Shown here piece after piece: positions 27,829 through 37,814 of a stretch of DNA of 64,000 nt. Numbering within the stretch: position 1 is the first letter of the stretch; each line of letters starts with the position of its first letter. The notes beneath the pieces are model-generated. The model searched no databases. It was not told the DNA's origin and was given only the letters and a program-made list of their open reading frames with translations. Origin of the DNA: a virus; IMG/VR virus record IMGVR_UViG_3300048999_000056, positions 1 through 64,000 of that record. One strand, given 5' to 3'. Made by a program: the position numbers and the translations under genes.

Positions 27829-28323
27829 GCCGCGCCGAACCACGTCACGACTTGCGGTGCGTTGCCGTGTCACGCCTGCCCAGCCTTGCCAGGAGCGGCC
27901 CCGACCGGCGCTGCCGACCCTGGACACGCCTGCGTTGCCGTTCCACGTCTAGCCCTGCGTGGCCCAACCAAGCCTGCGATACCGTGCATCGTCTCGCCTG
28001 ATCTGGACTCGCCTAGCCGATACATGCCTGCGATGCCAGCCCATGCGTAGCGTTGACCTGTCTAATCAGGCGCTACCGAGCCAAGCCTGCTGAGACAAGC
28101 CTTGCCGCGAAAAGCCACCACATCCCTTGCCCCGCCAGCCCTGCCCCATCGAGCCACGACCAGCGTCAACGAGCCTAGCCTGCCAAGCCGAACCCGGCGA
28201 TGACCTGAGTCGCCCTGCCATGCCGAGCCTGCGATGCCCTGCCTCGTCGTGCCCTGCGATGTTAAACCCGAGCCTGCCAGGACAGCCCTCGTCTAGCCTT
28301 GCCGAGCCGAATCATACCATGCC
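27829..28323 (-). repeat. GGY-NN pentamer array 2 (about 10 units)
   Basis: On +, CCTGC linkers at 27929, 27973, 28027 and 28086 (spacings 44/54/59); fills the intergenic gap. Confidence 0.88.
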
Positions 28324-28337
28324 ACTTCATATATACC
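28319..28337 (-). promoter_or_regulatory. Putative promoter/leader of array 2
   Basis: Minus strand reads GGTATATATGAAGTGGCAT; 15/19 identical to the array 1 leader. Confidence 0.65.
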
Positions 28338-28350
28338 GATCGAGGTTTTC

Positions 28351-28893
28351 GTGGCGCAACCACCACACGTTGTAACGGACCATGTTGACGAAGTGCTGAA
28401 GTCAATTCGTCAGCTCACACGCGCGAAGGTTTATGTTGGCATTCCTGCGGCGAACAATCCGCGCAAGGATGGCGTGACGCTCAACGCATTGCTCGGCTAC
28501 GTGCATGAGCATGGTTCGCCTGAGCGCAACATTCCTGCCCGCCCGTTCCTCGTGCCCGGTGTGAAATCCGTTGAGGACAAGACGACAGCCGGTCTGCGTC
28601 GCGCGGCGGAAAACGCACTTGAAGGGCAGTTGGAGCAGATGTTGAAGCAACTTGGTGCTGTAGGCTTCATGGCGACCAATGCCGTCAAGCGGATGATCAC
28701 TGCCGGATTGTCGCCACCACTCGCCGAACGCACTGTGCGGGCTCGGTTGCGAAAGACGCAAGCCGGGCGGCGGCGCCTGCGCAAGCTGGAGCAAGGCGGT
28801 GTTGATCTCTACCAATGGGGCGCCACCAACTTGAAGCCGCTGATCGATACTGCGCAGCTGCGGAACTCCATCACTTACGTCATCCGGAGTTGA
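28351..28893 (+). CDS. Neck/tail-completion protein
   Basis: VYVGIP, HEHGSP..NIPARPFL.PG, PLA..T, KPLIDT.QLRNSITYV. Confidence 0.8.
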   Translation: MAQPPHVVTDHVDEVLKSIRQLTRAKVYVGIPAANNPRKDGVTLNALLGYVHEHGSPERNIPARPFLVPGVKSVEDKTTAGLRRAAENALEGQLEQMLKQLGAVGFMATNAVKRMITAGLSPPLAERTVRARLRKTQAGRRRLRKLEQGGVDLYQWGATNLKPLIDTAQLRNSITYVIRS

Positions 28894-28897
28894 ACTT

Positions 28898-29302
28898 GTG
28901 GCAGAGATCGACGTTACCGAAATCCTCGCCGATCCTGATCTGGCTGACTCGTTTGTTGTCACGCGCACGCGGCAGATCACCGATACGCACGGGCGCACGG
29001 TCGCGCTGCAGCCGAGCACGACAACGGTAGTCGGTGTGGTCCAGCCTATGAGCGGGCGCACGTTGAACATGATGCCTGACATGGTCAACGTATCGGGCGC
29101 TATCGAGCTATGGACAACCTATCGGCTTGAGGGACCGTCGGAGACGACGCAGTCCGATGTCGTCACGTGGCAAGGCCGCAATTACATGGTGCAGAACGTG
29201 CAGCCGTTCACCAACTACGGACAAGGCTACGTGCATGCGGTTTGCCAGCTGATAGACCTTGTGGCGAAGGATGTCGGCGCGTTGACGGATACCGGACCAT
29301 GA
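28898..29302 (+). CDS. Head-closure protein
   Basis: IDVTEIL.DPD, GVVQP, D.V.WQG..Y.V, YG.GY; gene order. Confidence 0.7.
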   Translation: MAEIDVTEILADPDLADSFVVTRTRQITDTHGRTVALQPSTTTVVGVVQPMSGRTLNMMPDMVNVSGAIELWTTYRLEGPSETTQSDVVTWQGRNYMVQNVQPFTNYGQGYVHAVCQLIDLVAKDVGALTDTGP

Positions 29303-29889
29303 GCGGCAATTCCTCGGCGACGGGTGGCTATCTTCGTCAACTCAATACGCCGCTGTCCGACGATGCGTTGCTCGACGCCATACACGATGCGATTGCCGGC
29401 ATCACCGGGATAGCGCCCGAGCTGGTGCGCCCGCGCTGGCAGCATCTGCCGCCCAACCAGCCACCGAATACGCCGCCTGCTGCGACCAACTGGTGCGCGT
29501 TCGGCATCACGGACCGCACACCGATCAACTACCCCGTGATCCGGCACTTTGCAGGGGGGCCAGACAGGGTTACGCGCTGGTCCGCTGTCACGGTGCTGGC
29601 GAGCCTCTACGGCCCTGCCTGCCACGCTCTGGCAGAGCAATTGAGGGATGGTTTCTACGTGGATCAGAACCGCGAACAGCTCGGGCTGGTCGGCGTCAAG
29701 CTAACAGAGGTCGGCGAGCTGACGGCGGTTCCCGATCAGGTCAATCTGCAATGGCTCAATCACGTTGACATCCCGATCATCCTCGCGCAGTCGGTAGACC
29801 GCGACTACGACGTTCTGGACATCGCTTCAAGCCAAGGCACGATCACAACCGAGAATGGCGTGACCGTGGATTGGAATGTCAACGAATAG
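29299..29889 (+). CDS. Neck/tail terminator protein
   Basis: N.SATGGYL, GITG....LVRPRWQ, WCAFGI, YGP; precedes the sheath gene. Confidence 0.75.
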   Translation: MSGNSSATGGYLRQLNTPLSDDALLDAIHDAIAGITGIAPELVRPRWQHLPPNQPPNTPPAATNWCAFGITDRTPINYPVIRHFAGGPDRVTRWSAVTVLASLYGPACHALAEQLRDGFYVDQNREQLGLVGVKLTEVGELTAVPDQVNLQWLNHVDIPIILAQSVDRDYDVLDIASSQGTITTENGVTVDWNVNE

Positions 29890-30112
29890 CCTGCGATGCC
29901 ATGCCGAGCCGCATCGGTCCTAGTCACGTCTTGCCCTGCCATGCCGAGCCTGCGCTGCCGCGCCAGGACTGGCGTCAACGAGCGATGCCGAGCGTTGCCG
30001 GCCACACCGCGACTTAGCCGTGCCAAGCCCAGACTTGCCTTGCCAAGCCCGCCGCACCTTGACGTGTGCTGCCCGTCCTAGACCGGCCAAGCGCGCCGAG
30101 CCGGGTCTTGCC
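29889..30112 (-). repeat. GGY-NN pentamer array 3 (about 4-5 units)
   Basis: On +, CCTGCGATGCC at 29890 and CCTGCGCTGCC at 29949 (spacing 59); pentamer periodicity. Confidence 0.85.
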
Positions 30113-30126
30113 ACTTGTTATATACG
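30108..30126 (-). promoter_or_regulatory. Putative promoter/leader of array 3
   Basis: Minus strand reads CGTATATAACAAGTGGCAA; same consensus as the other two leaders. Confidence 0.65.
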
Positions 30127-30157
30127 AAATTGCCTGTTCAACGAGGAGTAACTGCAA

Positions 30158-31654
30158 ATGCCTATCGGTCTATCTGTCTCTGATGTTGTGCAGGTTTCAA
30201 TCAACCTGCAGCCGATCGCAGCGCCTACGCGAAACTTCGGTGCGCTCTGCATCATCGGCGATTCTTCTGTCATCGATATCGCGTCGCGCATCCGTCAGTA
30301 TACGACGCTCGACGGTGTTGCGGCTGACTTCGGTACAACGGCGCCGGAGTATCTGGCCGCCGATCTGTTTTTCTCGCAGAGCCCGCAACCGTCAATCCTC
30401 TACATCGGGCGCTGGGCGCGCACTGCGACAGCGGGGCAGCTCAACGGCGCCGTGCTCAATTCGGCGCAGCAAGCGGCGTTGCTGACGACGCTGCAGGGGA
30501 TCACAACCGGCGGCATGACGATCTCGGTGGACGGCACGCCGCATGTGCTGACCAACCTGAATTTTTCCGGCATCCTCAATCTTAACGGCGCAGCCACGAT
30601 CATCAATACTGCACTGCCGTCAGCAACCACGGTTTGGGATGGCACGCTCGGGCGGTTTGAGGTCACGTCGCATACCAGTGGCGGAACTTCCAGTGTCAGC
30701 TACGCCACCGATCCTGGGACCGGCGCACCGTTGGCAACCGATCTTGCGTTGACACAGACATCAGGCGCATCGGCGCCGATTGCCGGCGTGCCTTCGGAAA
30801 CGCCCGTTGCGGCGGTCCAGGCGATCAGCCCGCTCAACGCTGATATCTACGGGATCATGTTCGCTGCCGCCACGCCGCCGACTGATGTCCAGCGTCAAGC
30901 GGTTGCAGCCTATATCGAAGGTGCCTCGCCGACGCATATCTACGGGATCACGGTGCAGGACCCGCTGGCAATCGATCCGACCTCTACCACCGATCTCGGC
31001 TACCTGCTCAAAGCGGCCAATTACAGCCGGACATTCTGGCAATACAGCAGTTCATCGCCTTATGCGGTTGCGTCCATGTTCGGCCGCGCCTTCACGACAG
31101 ACTTCAGCGCGAACAACTCGGTGATCACACTCAAGTTCAAGCAGGAGCCGGGTGTGACGGCTGAGTCGTTGACCGAGACGCAGGCTGCCGCGATCGATGC
31201 CAAGAACGGCAATGTGTTCGTCAACTACATGAATGACCGGGCGATCATTCAGCAAGCCAAGATGGCGTCTGGCATTTTCTTCGATGAGCGTCAGGGCACC
31301 GACTGGCTGCAGAACCAAGTGCAGACTGACATCTTCAATCTGCTCTTCACGTCGCCGACCAAGATACCGCAGACCGATCCCGGCATGCACCAGCTTGCCA
31401 CGACAGCCGAACAGTCGATGGACCGTGCTGTCAACAATGGTCTGGTGGCACCGGGCATCTGGACCTCTTCGCTGGAGTTCGGCTTGCTCAAGCAGAACCA
31501 AGCGCTGGCGAAGGGTTACTACGTGTTCATGCCGCCAGTGGCGACACAGAGCCAGTCCGATCGTGAAGCACGCAAGGCGACAACAATGCAAATCGCGGCG
31601 AAACTCGCTGGTGCTGTGCATGATGCGAACGTCGTCATCAACGTCAACCGATGA
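30158..31654 (+). CDS. Contractile tail sheath protein (DUF3383)
   Basis: V..DFG...PEY.AA..FFSQSPQP, ITLKFKQEPGV, DWLQN..Q, KIPQTD, KLAGAVH. Confidence 0.92.
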   Translation: MPIGLSVSDVVQVSINLQPIAAPTRNFGALCIIGDSSVIDIASRIRQYTTLDGVAADFGTTAPEYLAADLFFSQSPQPSILYIGRWARTATAGQLNGAVLNSAQQAALLTTLQGITTGGMTISVDGTPHVLTNLNFSGILNLNGAATIINTALPSATTVWDGTLGRFEVTSHTSGGTSSVSYATDPGTGAPLATDLALTQTSGASAPIAGVPSETPVAAVQAISPLNADIYGIMFAAATPPTDVQRQAVAAYIEGASPTHIYGITVQDPLAIDPTSTTDLGYLLKAANYSRTFWQYSSSSPYAVASMFGRAFTTDFSANNSVITLKFKQEPGVTAESLTETQAAAIDAKNGNVFVNYMNDRAIIQQAKMASGIFFDERQGTDWLQNQVQTDIFNLLFTSPTKIPQTDPGMHQLATTAEQSMDRAVNNGLVAPGIWTSSLEFGLLKQNQALAKGYYVFMPPVATQSQSDREARKATTMQIAAKLAGAVHDANVVINVNR

Positions 31655-31752
31655 GTACCGTCCACTCCGACAAGGGCGGCGTAAACCCTCAAATATCGCA
31701 GGTCCGCGAACGGCCCAGCGATCCGCTTCCTATGAACCGAAAGGGAAATCCC

Positions 31753-32028
31753 ATGAGCACAACCAATCCAGCACCGCAGCCGTCGCCGGAAACCGATCGC
31801 ATCGTCACGATGGTCCTGCATCTGACACAGATGGCGGCAGCGTCGATCGCGATCGTGCCGAACATCAACGCCAAGATACCGCAGATCGCGAACAACATCG
31901 CGTCGGAACTGCAGAAGGCATACAACGACTACAAGGCGCACCCCGACGAGACGATTCTCGATCATGTGAAGGACCTCGTCAACGACGCGCTCAACGACAT
32001 CAAGTTTGAGCTGCAGCAGCAACCGTAA
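31753..32028 (+). CDS. Hypothetical protein between sheath and tube (start uncertain)
   Basis: AAGGGA upstream of ATG 31753; helical composition. Confidence 0.5.
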   Translation: MSTTNPAPQPSPETDRIVTMVLHLTQMAAASIAIVPNINAKIPQIANNIASELQKAYNDYKAHPDETILDHVKDLVNDALNDIKFELQQQP

Positions 32029-32068
32029 TTGCGTAGCTCTGTCACGCCAGTTGGATTAGGAGGAAAGG

Positions 32069-32512
32069 GTGGTTGCATACAGCTTTGTTGACGTGAACGC
32101 GACGCTGGTCGGTCCGGGCGGTGTCGTCTCGCTCGGCAACGGTTCGGGTGCTGCCGAGGAAGGCATTACGATCGAGCAGGCAGAGGACAAGGATACCATG
32201 ACGATCGGTGCCGACGGCACGCCGATGCACAGTCTGCATGCCGGCAAGCAGGGCACCGTGACAATCAGACTGCTGAAGACTTCACCGTCCAATCAGCTCT
32301 TGCAGCTGATGTATGACTTTCAACAGCTGAGTTCGGCGGTGTGGGGGCAGAATGTGCTGGTCATCACGCAGGTTGCGTCCGGTGACGTGACCTCGTGTCG
32401 GTCGGTCGCATTCCGCCGTTCGCCGACGTTGACCTACGCGAAGGACGGCGGCACGCAGGAATGGGGCTTCAATGCCGGTCTGATCGACCGTGCGTTGGGG
32501 AGTTACAACTAA
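32069..32512 (+). CDS. Tail tube protein (DUF3277)
   Basis: YSF.DV.A.L.GP, AEEGIT, M.IGADG..MHSLHA.K.G, LLKTSP.N. Confidence 0.88.
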   Translation: MVAYSFVDVNATLVGPGGVVSLGNGSGAAEEGITIEQAEDKDTMTIGADGTPMHSLHAGKQGTVTIRLLKTSPSNQLLQLMYDFQQLSSAVWGQNVLVITQVASGDVTSCRSVAFRRSPTLTYAKDGGTQEWGFNAGLIDRALGSYN

Positions 32513-32522
32513 CGAGGGATGA

Positions 32523-33032
32523 ATGACAACTGATGTAACGATCGACGGCAACAACTACCGCACCGGGCAACTGAGCGCCAAGCAGCAGTTTCACGTTGCC
32601 CGGCGTCTGGCGCCGTTGATCACCAAAATGGGCGTGGCTATGTCGCAGGGCATGCTGACGCCGCAGCAGGCACCGGTCCAACAAAAAGGAACAGCGGAAC
32701 AGGACGCGGAGGACCAACAAGCTGCGGCAGCTCGGGAAGCGTTCTTGGCGCTGCCGATATTCGAGGCCGTGGCACAGTCGCTTTCCGAACTTTCGGATGA
32801 AGAGTGCGATTACGTCATTCGCGTATGCATGTCCGTTGTGTCGCGCGAGCAAAGCGGTCACTGGATCGGGGTATGGAACAAAGCAGCTGATCAACTACAG
32901 TTCACCGATATTTCCATGCCAGCGATGATGCAGTTGACCATGACTGTGCTGCAGGACAACCTCGGGTCTTTTATGCCCGCCCAGCCCGCACCTGGGAACA
33001 GAGCAGCTACTACAGGTCAAAGCGTCCACTAG
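32523..33032 (+). CDS. Tail assembly chaperone
   Basis: Y....L.A..QFHVARRLAP; between the tube and tape measure genes. Confidence 0.8.
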   Translation: MTTDVTIDGNNYRTGQLSAKQQFHVARRLAPLITKMGVAMSQGMLTPQQAPVQQKGTAEQDAEDQQAAAAREAFLALPIFEAVAQSLSELSDEECDYVIRVCMSVVSREQSGHWIGVWNKAADQLQFTDISMPAMMQLTMTVLQDNLGSFMPAQPAPGNRAATTGQSVH

Positions 33033-33043
33033 CATTCGTGCGG

Positions 33044-33214
33044 ATGGCAACAGAGGCTGATTGGTTGATGCGCCCCGTCAAGCAGGGCATGTGCCGCTAC
33101 GAAAGCCTGCTGGACGGAACTGTCGATCTTGCCGACATTGCCGAGATGAACGATTGCCTCGACGTTGATACGGAAAACGAGTTCCGTCTGCAAGAGGCGC
33201 TGAAAGAGCAGTAA
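33044..33214 (+). CDS. Second tail assembly chaperone segment (56 aa, not in the ORF track)
   Basis: MATEADWLMRPVKQGMCRYESLLDGTVDLADIAEMNDCLDV; stop overlaps the tape-measure ATG. Confidence 0.75.
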   Translation: MATEADWLMRPVKQGMCRYESLLDGTVDLADIAEMNDCLDVDTENEFRLQEALKEQ

Positions 33215-35493
33215 TGGCGACGACGATCAAAGAGTTCCTTGTTGCGCTCGGCTTCAAAGTCGATCCTGCTCAGCAGAATCGCTTTACCGATGCGTTGAAG
33301 GACTCGCATCAGCGCGTCGAGGCGCTCGGTAAGACGTTGACCGGCATGATCAGCAAGTTTGCCGAAATGGCAACTGCTGCGACCGGCACGGCCATCGGTC
33401 TGGCTGCGGCGATGGCCAAGATCAGCGAGAACATTGCAGGCGCTGCCTACGCCGCTGATCGTATCGGCACAACGACACCTAGATTGAAGTCGTTTGAGGA
33501 AGCCATCAGGCAGGTTGGCGGCACGGCCGAACGTGCACGTGGCATGCTTGAGGGCATGATGGACGTGGAGGCGCACCGTCCAGGCACGATATTCGGCACA
33601 TTCGGTATCAAGCCCGGCACCGATCCGGTCGAGGCGATGCGGCTGCTCTCGCAGCACTTCGCCGAGCTGATACGCACTGGTCGGCAGGCGCAAGCCTTTG
33701 CAGAGGGTGAGATCATTCACCTAACGCGGGCGGACATCCTGCAATTGACCAACCCGCTGATGGACCCTGCGTTTCAGCGGTCCATGGGTCGGCGCAACGC
33801 ATTTGGCATCGGACCAGAAGCCGGCCAGATGGCGGAGGAATCTGACCGGCTGATCAAGCAGCTGCACGATCAATTCAACACATTCCTCGAATACCTGCAG
33901 ACGCGGTGGGGGCCAGCCTTCAATGAGGCTATGCGAGCCGCTACCAAATGGTTCGACGAGAATATCCCGAAAATCAAGCAATGGGTGTCCGACGCTGAAG
34001 GCGTTGTCAAATCCTTCATCGAGACATTGAAGCATTGGTGGGATGCGCTGTCGCCGGCCGGCAAGACAACCGTTGAAACCATCGGCGTCATATTGGTGCT
34101 GCGGGCGCTGAGTGCGCTGCCGATTATCGGTCTACCGATCTTGCTTGCCAGCATCGCGACAGCGATCGTTGACCTCGTTCGCGGCTACAACGAGTGGAAA
34201 GCAACCGGCGTCTCCAGTGGTCTGGTGGACTGGACGGTCTGGGGACCGCAGATCGAGAACCTGAAAAGCGGGTTGACGTTCATCAAAGAGAACGTGATCG
34301 ACCCTCTTACCACGGCCTATAAAGCCTACGACGGCGTGCTCGGCACGGTTGCCGAAAAGCTGGCGGAGCAGAAAACCTACGTTGACGGGCTGATTGCCAG
34401 CTATCAGCAATGGAAGGAGACAGGCATTTCCAAGGGTCCTATAGACTGGGACCTGTGGGGGCCACCGATTACGAAGGCAAACGACTGCATCAAGGCTTTG
34501 GTTGCGATATTCCAGAAATGGCAGGAAGTCGGCATCAAGGGCTTCATTGATTGGAACGTGTGGGGGCCGCCTATCGAGCGGATAACGGAGGCGCTAAAAT
34601 ACTTCAACGAGAATGCGATCATTCCGCTTATCGACAACTTGAAAGCGTTGAAGGATTTGGTGACTTTCTCGACGGGCGTAAACGCAGAGGACCTGATCCC
34701 TGGTTGGCTACGCGGCGTGCTCGGCATTCCTGCTGCTGCTGAAGGCGCGCAGCAACAGCAAGAGGAGCCGTCACTGCTCGGCAAGGCCAAGCAGATGTGG
34801 CGCGATCGGCCGGGATGGCTGGGCGGTAGCGGTGGCGGTGCAACTGATGAACGCAAGGCGGATATACGCGACAGGTTGGTCAAGGAGCTGGGCATCCCCG
34901 TAGAGGCTGCATCTGGTCTGGTCAGTAACCTCAACGCGGAGTCCGGCATTGCCGGTATCAACGAGCGCAATCCTGTTGTGCCCGGCAGTCGTGGCGGCTT
35001 TGGTTGGGCGCAATGGACAGGTCCGCGCCGTGTGGCATTCGAGAACTGGGCACGCGCACATGGGCTCGATCCCGCTTCGGACCAAGCGAACATGGGTTTT
35101 CTCGTTGAGGAATTGCGCAACAAATATCCGCAGGTGCTGGCGCAGCTGAAGTCCGGTCAGATCAGCGCGACTGAGGCAGCGAAGATCGTCAGTGATCAGT
35201 ATATCGTGCCGCCGAAATCTGCGACGGCAGGTCATGTTGCGGCAGCGGCGAGCATTGCCAAGCTGGCAAGTGCTGCGAATGGACCGTCGGCCAGTTTGGC
35301 AGCGCCCGCACTCGTGCCGTCACCGGTGAGCTACAACACGTCTGATCAGTCGCGTGACGTGCAGGTCAATGCGCCGACGAATATCAATATCAACGGCGTC
35401 GCCGATCCGCAGCGTGCGGCCGATCTTACGGACCGGCAACGCGACCGGCAGACTGCGAACCTACTACGGCAGATGAAGGCGGTGATCGCGTAA
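33214..35493 (+). CDS. Tape measure protein with a phage-tail-lysozyme domain
   Basis: IKEFLVALGFKVD start; Trp-periodic repeats; NLNAESG..GFGWAQWTGPRR. Confidence 0.88.
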   Translation: MATTIKEFLVALGFKVDPAQQNRFTDALKDSHQRVEALGKTLTGMISKFAEMATAATGTAIGLAAAMAKISENIAGAAYAADRIGTTTPRLKSFEEAIRQVGGTAERARGMLEGMMDVEAHRPGTIFGTFGIKPGTDPVEAMRLLSQHFAELIRTGRQAQAFAEGEIIHLTRADILQLTNPLMDPAFQRSMGRRNAFGIGPEAGQMAEESDRLIKQLHDQFNTFLEYLQTRWGPAFNEAMRAATKWFDENIPKIKQWVSDAEGVVKSFIETLKHWWDALSPAGKTTVETIGVILVLRALSALPIIGLPILLASIATAIVDLVRGYNEWKATGVSSGLVDWTVWGPQIENLKSGLTFIKENVIDPLTTAYKAYDGVLGTVAEKLAEQKTYVDGLIASYQQWKETGISKGPIDWDLWGPPITKANDCIKALVAIFQKWQEVGIKGFIDWNVWGPPIERITEALKYFNENAIIPLIDNLKALKDLVTFSTGVNAEDLIPGWLRGVLGIPAAAEGAQQQQEEPSLLGKAKQMWRDRPGWLGGSGGGATDERKADIRDRLVKELGIPVEAASGLVSNLNAESGIAGINERNPVVPGSRGGFGWAQWTGPRRVAFENWARAHGLDPASDQANMGFLVEELRNKYPQVLAQLKSGQISATEAAKIVSDQYIVPPKSATAGHVAAAASIAKLASAANGPSASLAAPALVPSPVSYNTSDQSRDVQVNAPTNININGVADPQRAADLTDRQRDRQTANLLRQMKAVIA

Positions 35494-36509
35494 TGGCACA
35501 GCAATGGATCAGGAAAATCAGTCTCGTGGTCGAGGGTGCCCAAGGCAGTATCGAGCTGAGCGCGTTGCGCGTCCGCTTCCACGTGTTCGCGCATACCAAC
35601 ATCGCGCCAAGCACGCTTGAGGCGCGCATCTTCAATCTCAATCCTGACAGCGAGCAGAAGCTGCTGACACAGATAGTTGATCCTTTGCCGTCGCTGCAAG
35701 GCTCCAATCCGAACAGCGGCGCCGGCAAGGTGACGTTGCAGGCTGGCTATGAAGAAAACTACGGCACCATCTTCAAAGGTGAGCTGATACAGGTCCGCCG
35801 TGGCCGCGAGGGTCTGGATACCTACATCGATCTGTTTGCCGGCGATGGCGACCGATCGCACAACTGGGCGGTGATCAACACGACATTGGCGGCGGGCTGG
35901 ACACCGCATGACGTGAACGATCAGATACGCAAGGCGATGTCAACTTACGATGTCACAGCTGGCAATCTGCCCGACGCCATCCCGGCCACCGCAGCGCCGC
36001 GCGGCAAGGTGGTTATGGGCATGGCGCGCGACACCCAACGCGATCTGAGCAATCAATTCAACGCGGACGGCTTTGTGCGCAATGGCAATCTCGAATGGCT
36101 GGAGCGCTCGGCCTACCGCCCTGGTGACATTGCCAAGATCAACGCGCAAACCGGCATGATCGGTCTGCCGCAGCAAACCAACTTCGGGCTGACGGTGCGG
36201 ATGCTGCTCAACCCCAGCGTCGGACCGGGCACGCTGCTCCAGCTGCAGAACAAGTCAATTCAACAGCTGCAGGCGTCTGGTCAGGTCGGTGCCGTGACAG
36301 AGAACACCTACCTGCAGAAAAACCTCAACTACGATTTCCTGACGGCGGCGGATGGCAACTATCGCGTGTTCGCGGTTGAGCATATCGGCGACACGCGCGC
36401 CAATGACTGGTACAGCGATGCGATCTGCGTCGCGACATCCTCCGGCATTCCGGGCGGTGCCGCCTTCCTCGTGCCGAAGCAGTATCTTGGATCGGAGGGC
36501 GTGCGGTGA
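35493..36509 (+). CDS. Baseplate hub protein
   Basis: LQAGY, IFKG, PRGKV..G, TGMIG.P.QT, LLNP, GDTR.NDWY. Confidence 0.8.
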   Translation: MAQQWIRKISLVVEGAQGSIELSALRVRFHVFAHTNIAPSTLEARIFNLNPDSEQKLLTQIVDPLPSLQGSNPNSGAGKVTLQAGYEENYGTIFKGELIQVRRGREGLDTYIDLFAGDGDRSHNWAVINTTLAAGWTPHDVNDQIRKAMSTYDVTAGNLPDAIPATAAPRGKVVMGMARDTQRDLSNQFNADGFVRNGNLEWLERSAYRPGDIAKINAQTGMIGLPQQTNFGLTVRMLLNPSVGPGTLLQLQNKSIQQLQASGQVGAVTENTYLQKNLNYDFLTAADGNYRVFAVEHIGDTRANDWYSDAICVATSSGIPGGAAFLVPKQYLGSEGVR

Positions 36510-37138
36510 GCGGAAGCCTTGCTGGCAGCTCGGCGACGATCGCCGCACTCATTGGTGCGGACGTTCTTGAGGAAGTGTTCCTGCAGCCTCACAGGACCAT
36601 CGGGACCATCATTCCCGAGTGCGCCGTGGAGGAACATCATTCGGACCGATTACAGGTCACACAGCATCCGATCGAGATCGGCGCCAATATCTCCGACCAT
36701 GCCTACATGCTGCCTTTCGAGGTCACGTTGCGCTACGGTTGGTCGAACGCGTTGATCGGTGGACAGATACAGAACCTTGGCGATCGGTTCGCGGCGATCG
36801 GCAGCGAGAGTTTTCAACAAGTGATCTCGGGCGGCCAGACCGCCGCGATCTACGAGCATCTGCAGCAGCTGCAAGCGTCGCGCATACCCTTCAGGATCGT
36901 GACGGGCAAGCGCACCTATGCCGACATGCTGATTACGGAAATGGGTGTTACGACCGACGCGCGCACGGAGAACGTGCTGATTGTCGAGCTACACTGTCAA
37001 CAGATTATCAGGGTTTCGACCAGCTCTACGCCCGCAGCGGCGGCGCAGGCGATGCCGGAACAGACAGGTGACGCTATCAACACCGGGAACCAGCAGCTTA
37101 CGCCGGTTCCCGGTGGTGCCGTGACGGGTGTCGCTTAG
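36506..37138 (+). CDS. Baseplate tube-initiator (Dit-like) protein
   Basis: EE.H.D.L.VT.HPIE.GA.ISDHAY..P, L..LQ.SR.PF.IVTGKR.Y..MLI. Confidence 0.8.
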   Translation: MSGSLAGSSATIAALIGADVLEEVFLQPHRTIGTIIPECAVEEHHSDRLQVTQHPIEIGANISDHAYMLPFEVTLRYGWSNALIGGQIQNLGDRFAAIGSESFQQVISGGQTAAIYEHLQQLQASRIPFRIVTGKRTYADMLITEMGVTTDARTENVLIVELHCQQIIRVSTSSTPAAAAQAMPEQTGDAINTGNQQLTPVPGGAVTGVA

Positions 37139-37785
37139 TGGACGAAGTTGCAGGCTAGGTGCGCTGTGCCGTAGTAGTCGGAACCCATGCCGCGATACGA
37201 GCTGAGACAGCTATCCCAGAGCATCTGCTGGCTCTGTGCCGTGGCGCCCGCCGCGCCGCCAGGATGGCGTTGACAGGCGCCCTGATCTCCATAGTAGCAC
37301 GTGATGGCGTCGCGGTTCTGTTGGGCTTGTGCGGCGATTGCGTCCTTCTGCGCCTGAGGCAGACAGCCGGACGGATTGTAGCTGTTGCAGACGTGGTTCT
37401 GATTCGCCTTGTGATACTCGGTTGCCAGCTCGCGATTGTTGATCGTCGCCTTGTCGCTTTCCCATTGCTGGCAGGTCGCCGAGCCTTGGGCGTAGGGGCA
37501 TGACTCCGGAGCAGCCCAGCCGGAGCCGGCATACAGCTTGCGGACTTCAGCGTAGGACATCGTGCCGGTGATCTTCGGCGGGCACGATCCGGCTGGTGGA
37601 CCGCCCGGTTGTTGATGGTAAGGCACTGGCCGCCCGGTCTGTCCGTCAACAACGTTCGTGCAGCCTTTGTCGGCGAAACCGCCCGTGTGGTGCCACTCGT
37701 TCCATGCGGAATACGGGTGACCGAAGCTGCCGTCAGCATTGCAGCCGGCGAGGGTGATGCAGGCGGTGAGGATCAAGGCGCGCAT
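37135..37785 (-). CDS. Cys-rich lipoprotein, antisense within the tail operon
   Basis: MRALILTACITLAGC lipobox; AAGGA RBS; many Cys; fills the gap between two + strand genes. Confidence 0.7.
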   Translation of the reverse strand: MRALILTACITLAGCNADGSFGHPYSAWNEWHHTGGFADKGCTNVVDGQTGRPVPYHQQPGGPPAGSCPPKITGTMSYAEVRKLYAGSGWAAPESCPYAQGSATCQQWESDKATINNRELATEYHKANQNHVCNSYNPSGCLPQAQKDAIAAQAQQNRDAITCYYGDQGACQRHPGGAAGATAQSQQMLWDSCLSSYRGMGSDYYGTAHLACNFVH

Positions 37786-37814
37786 AGCGTGGTTCCTTCA
37801 ATACGGTTGAACTC

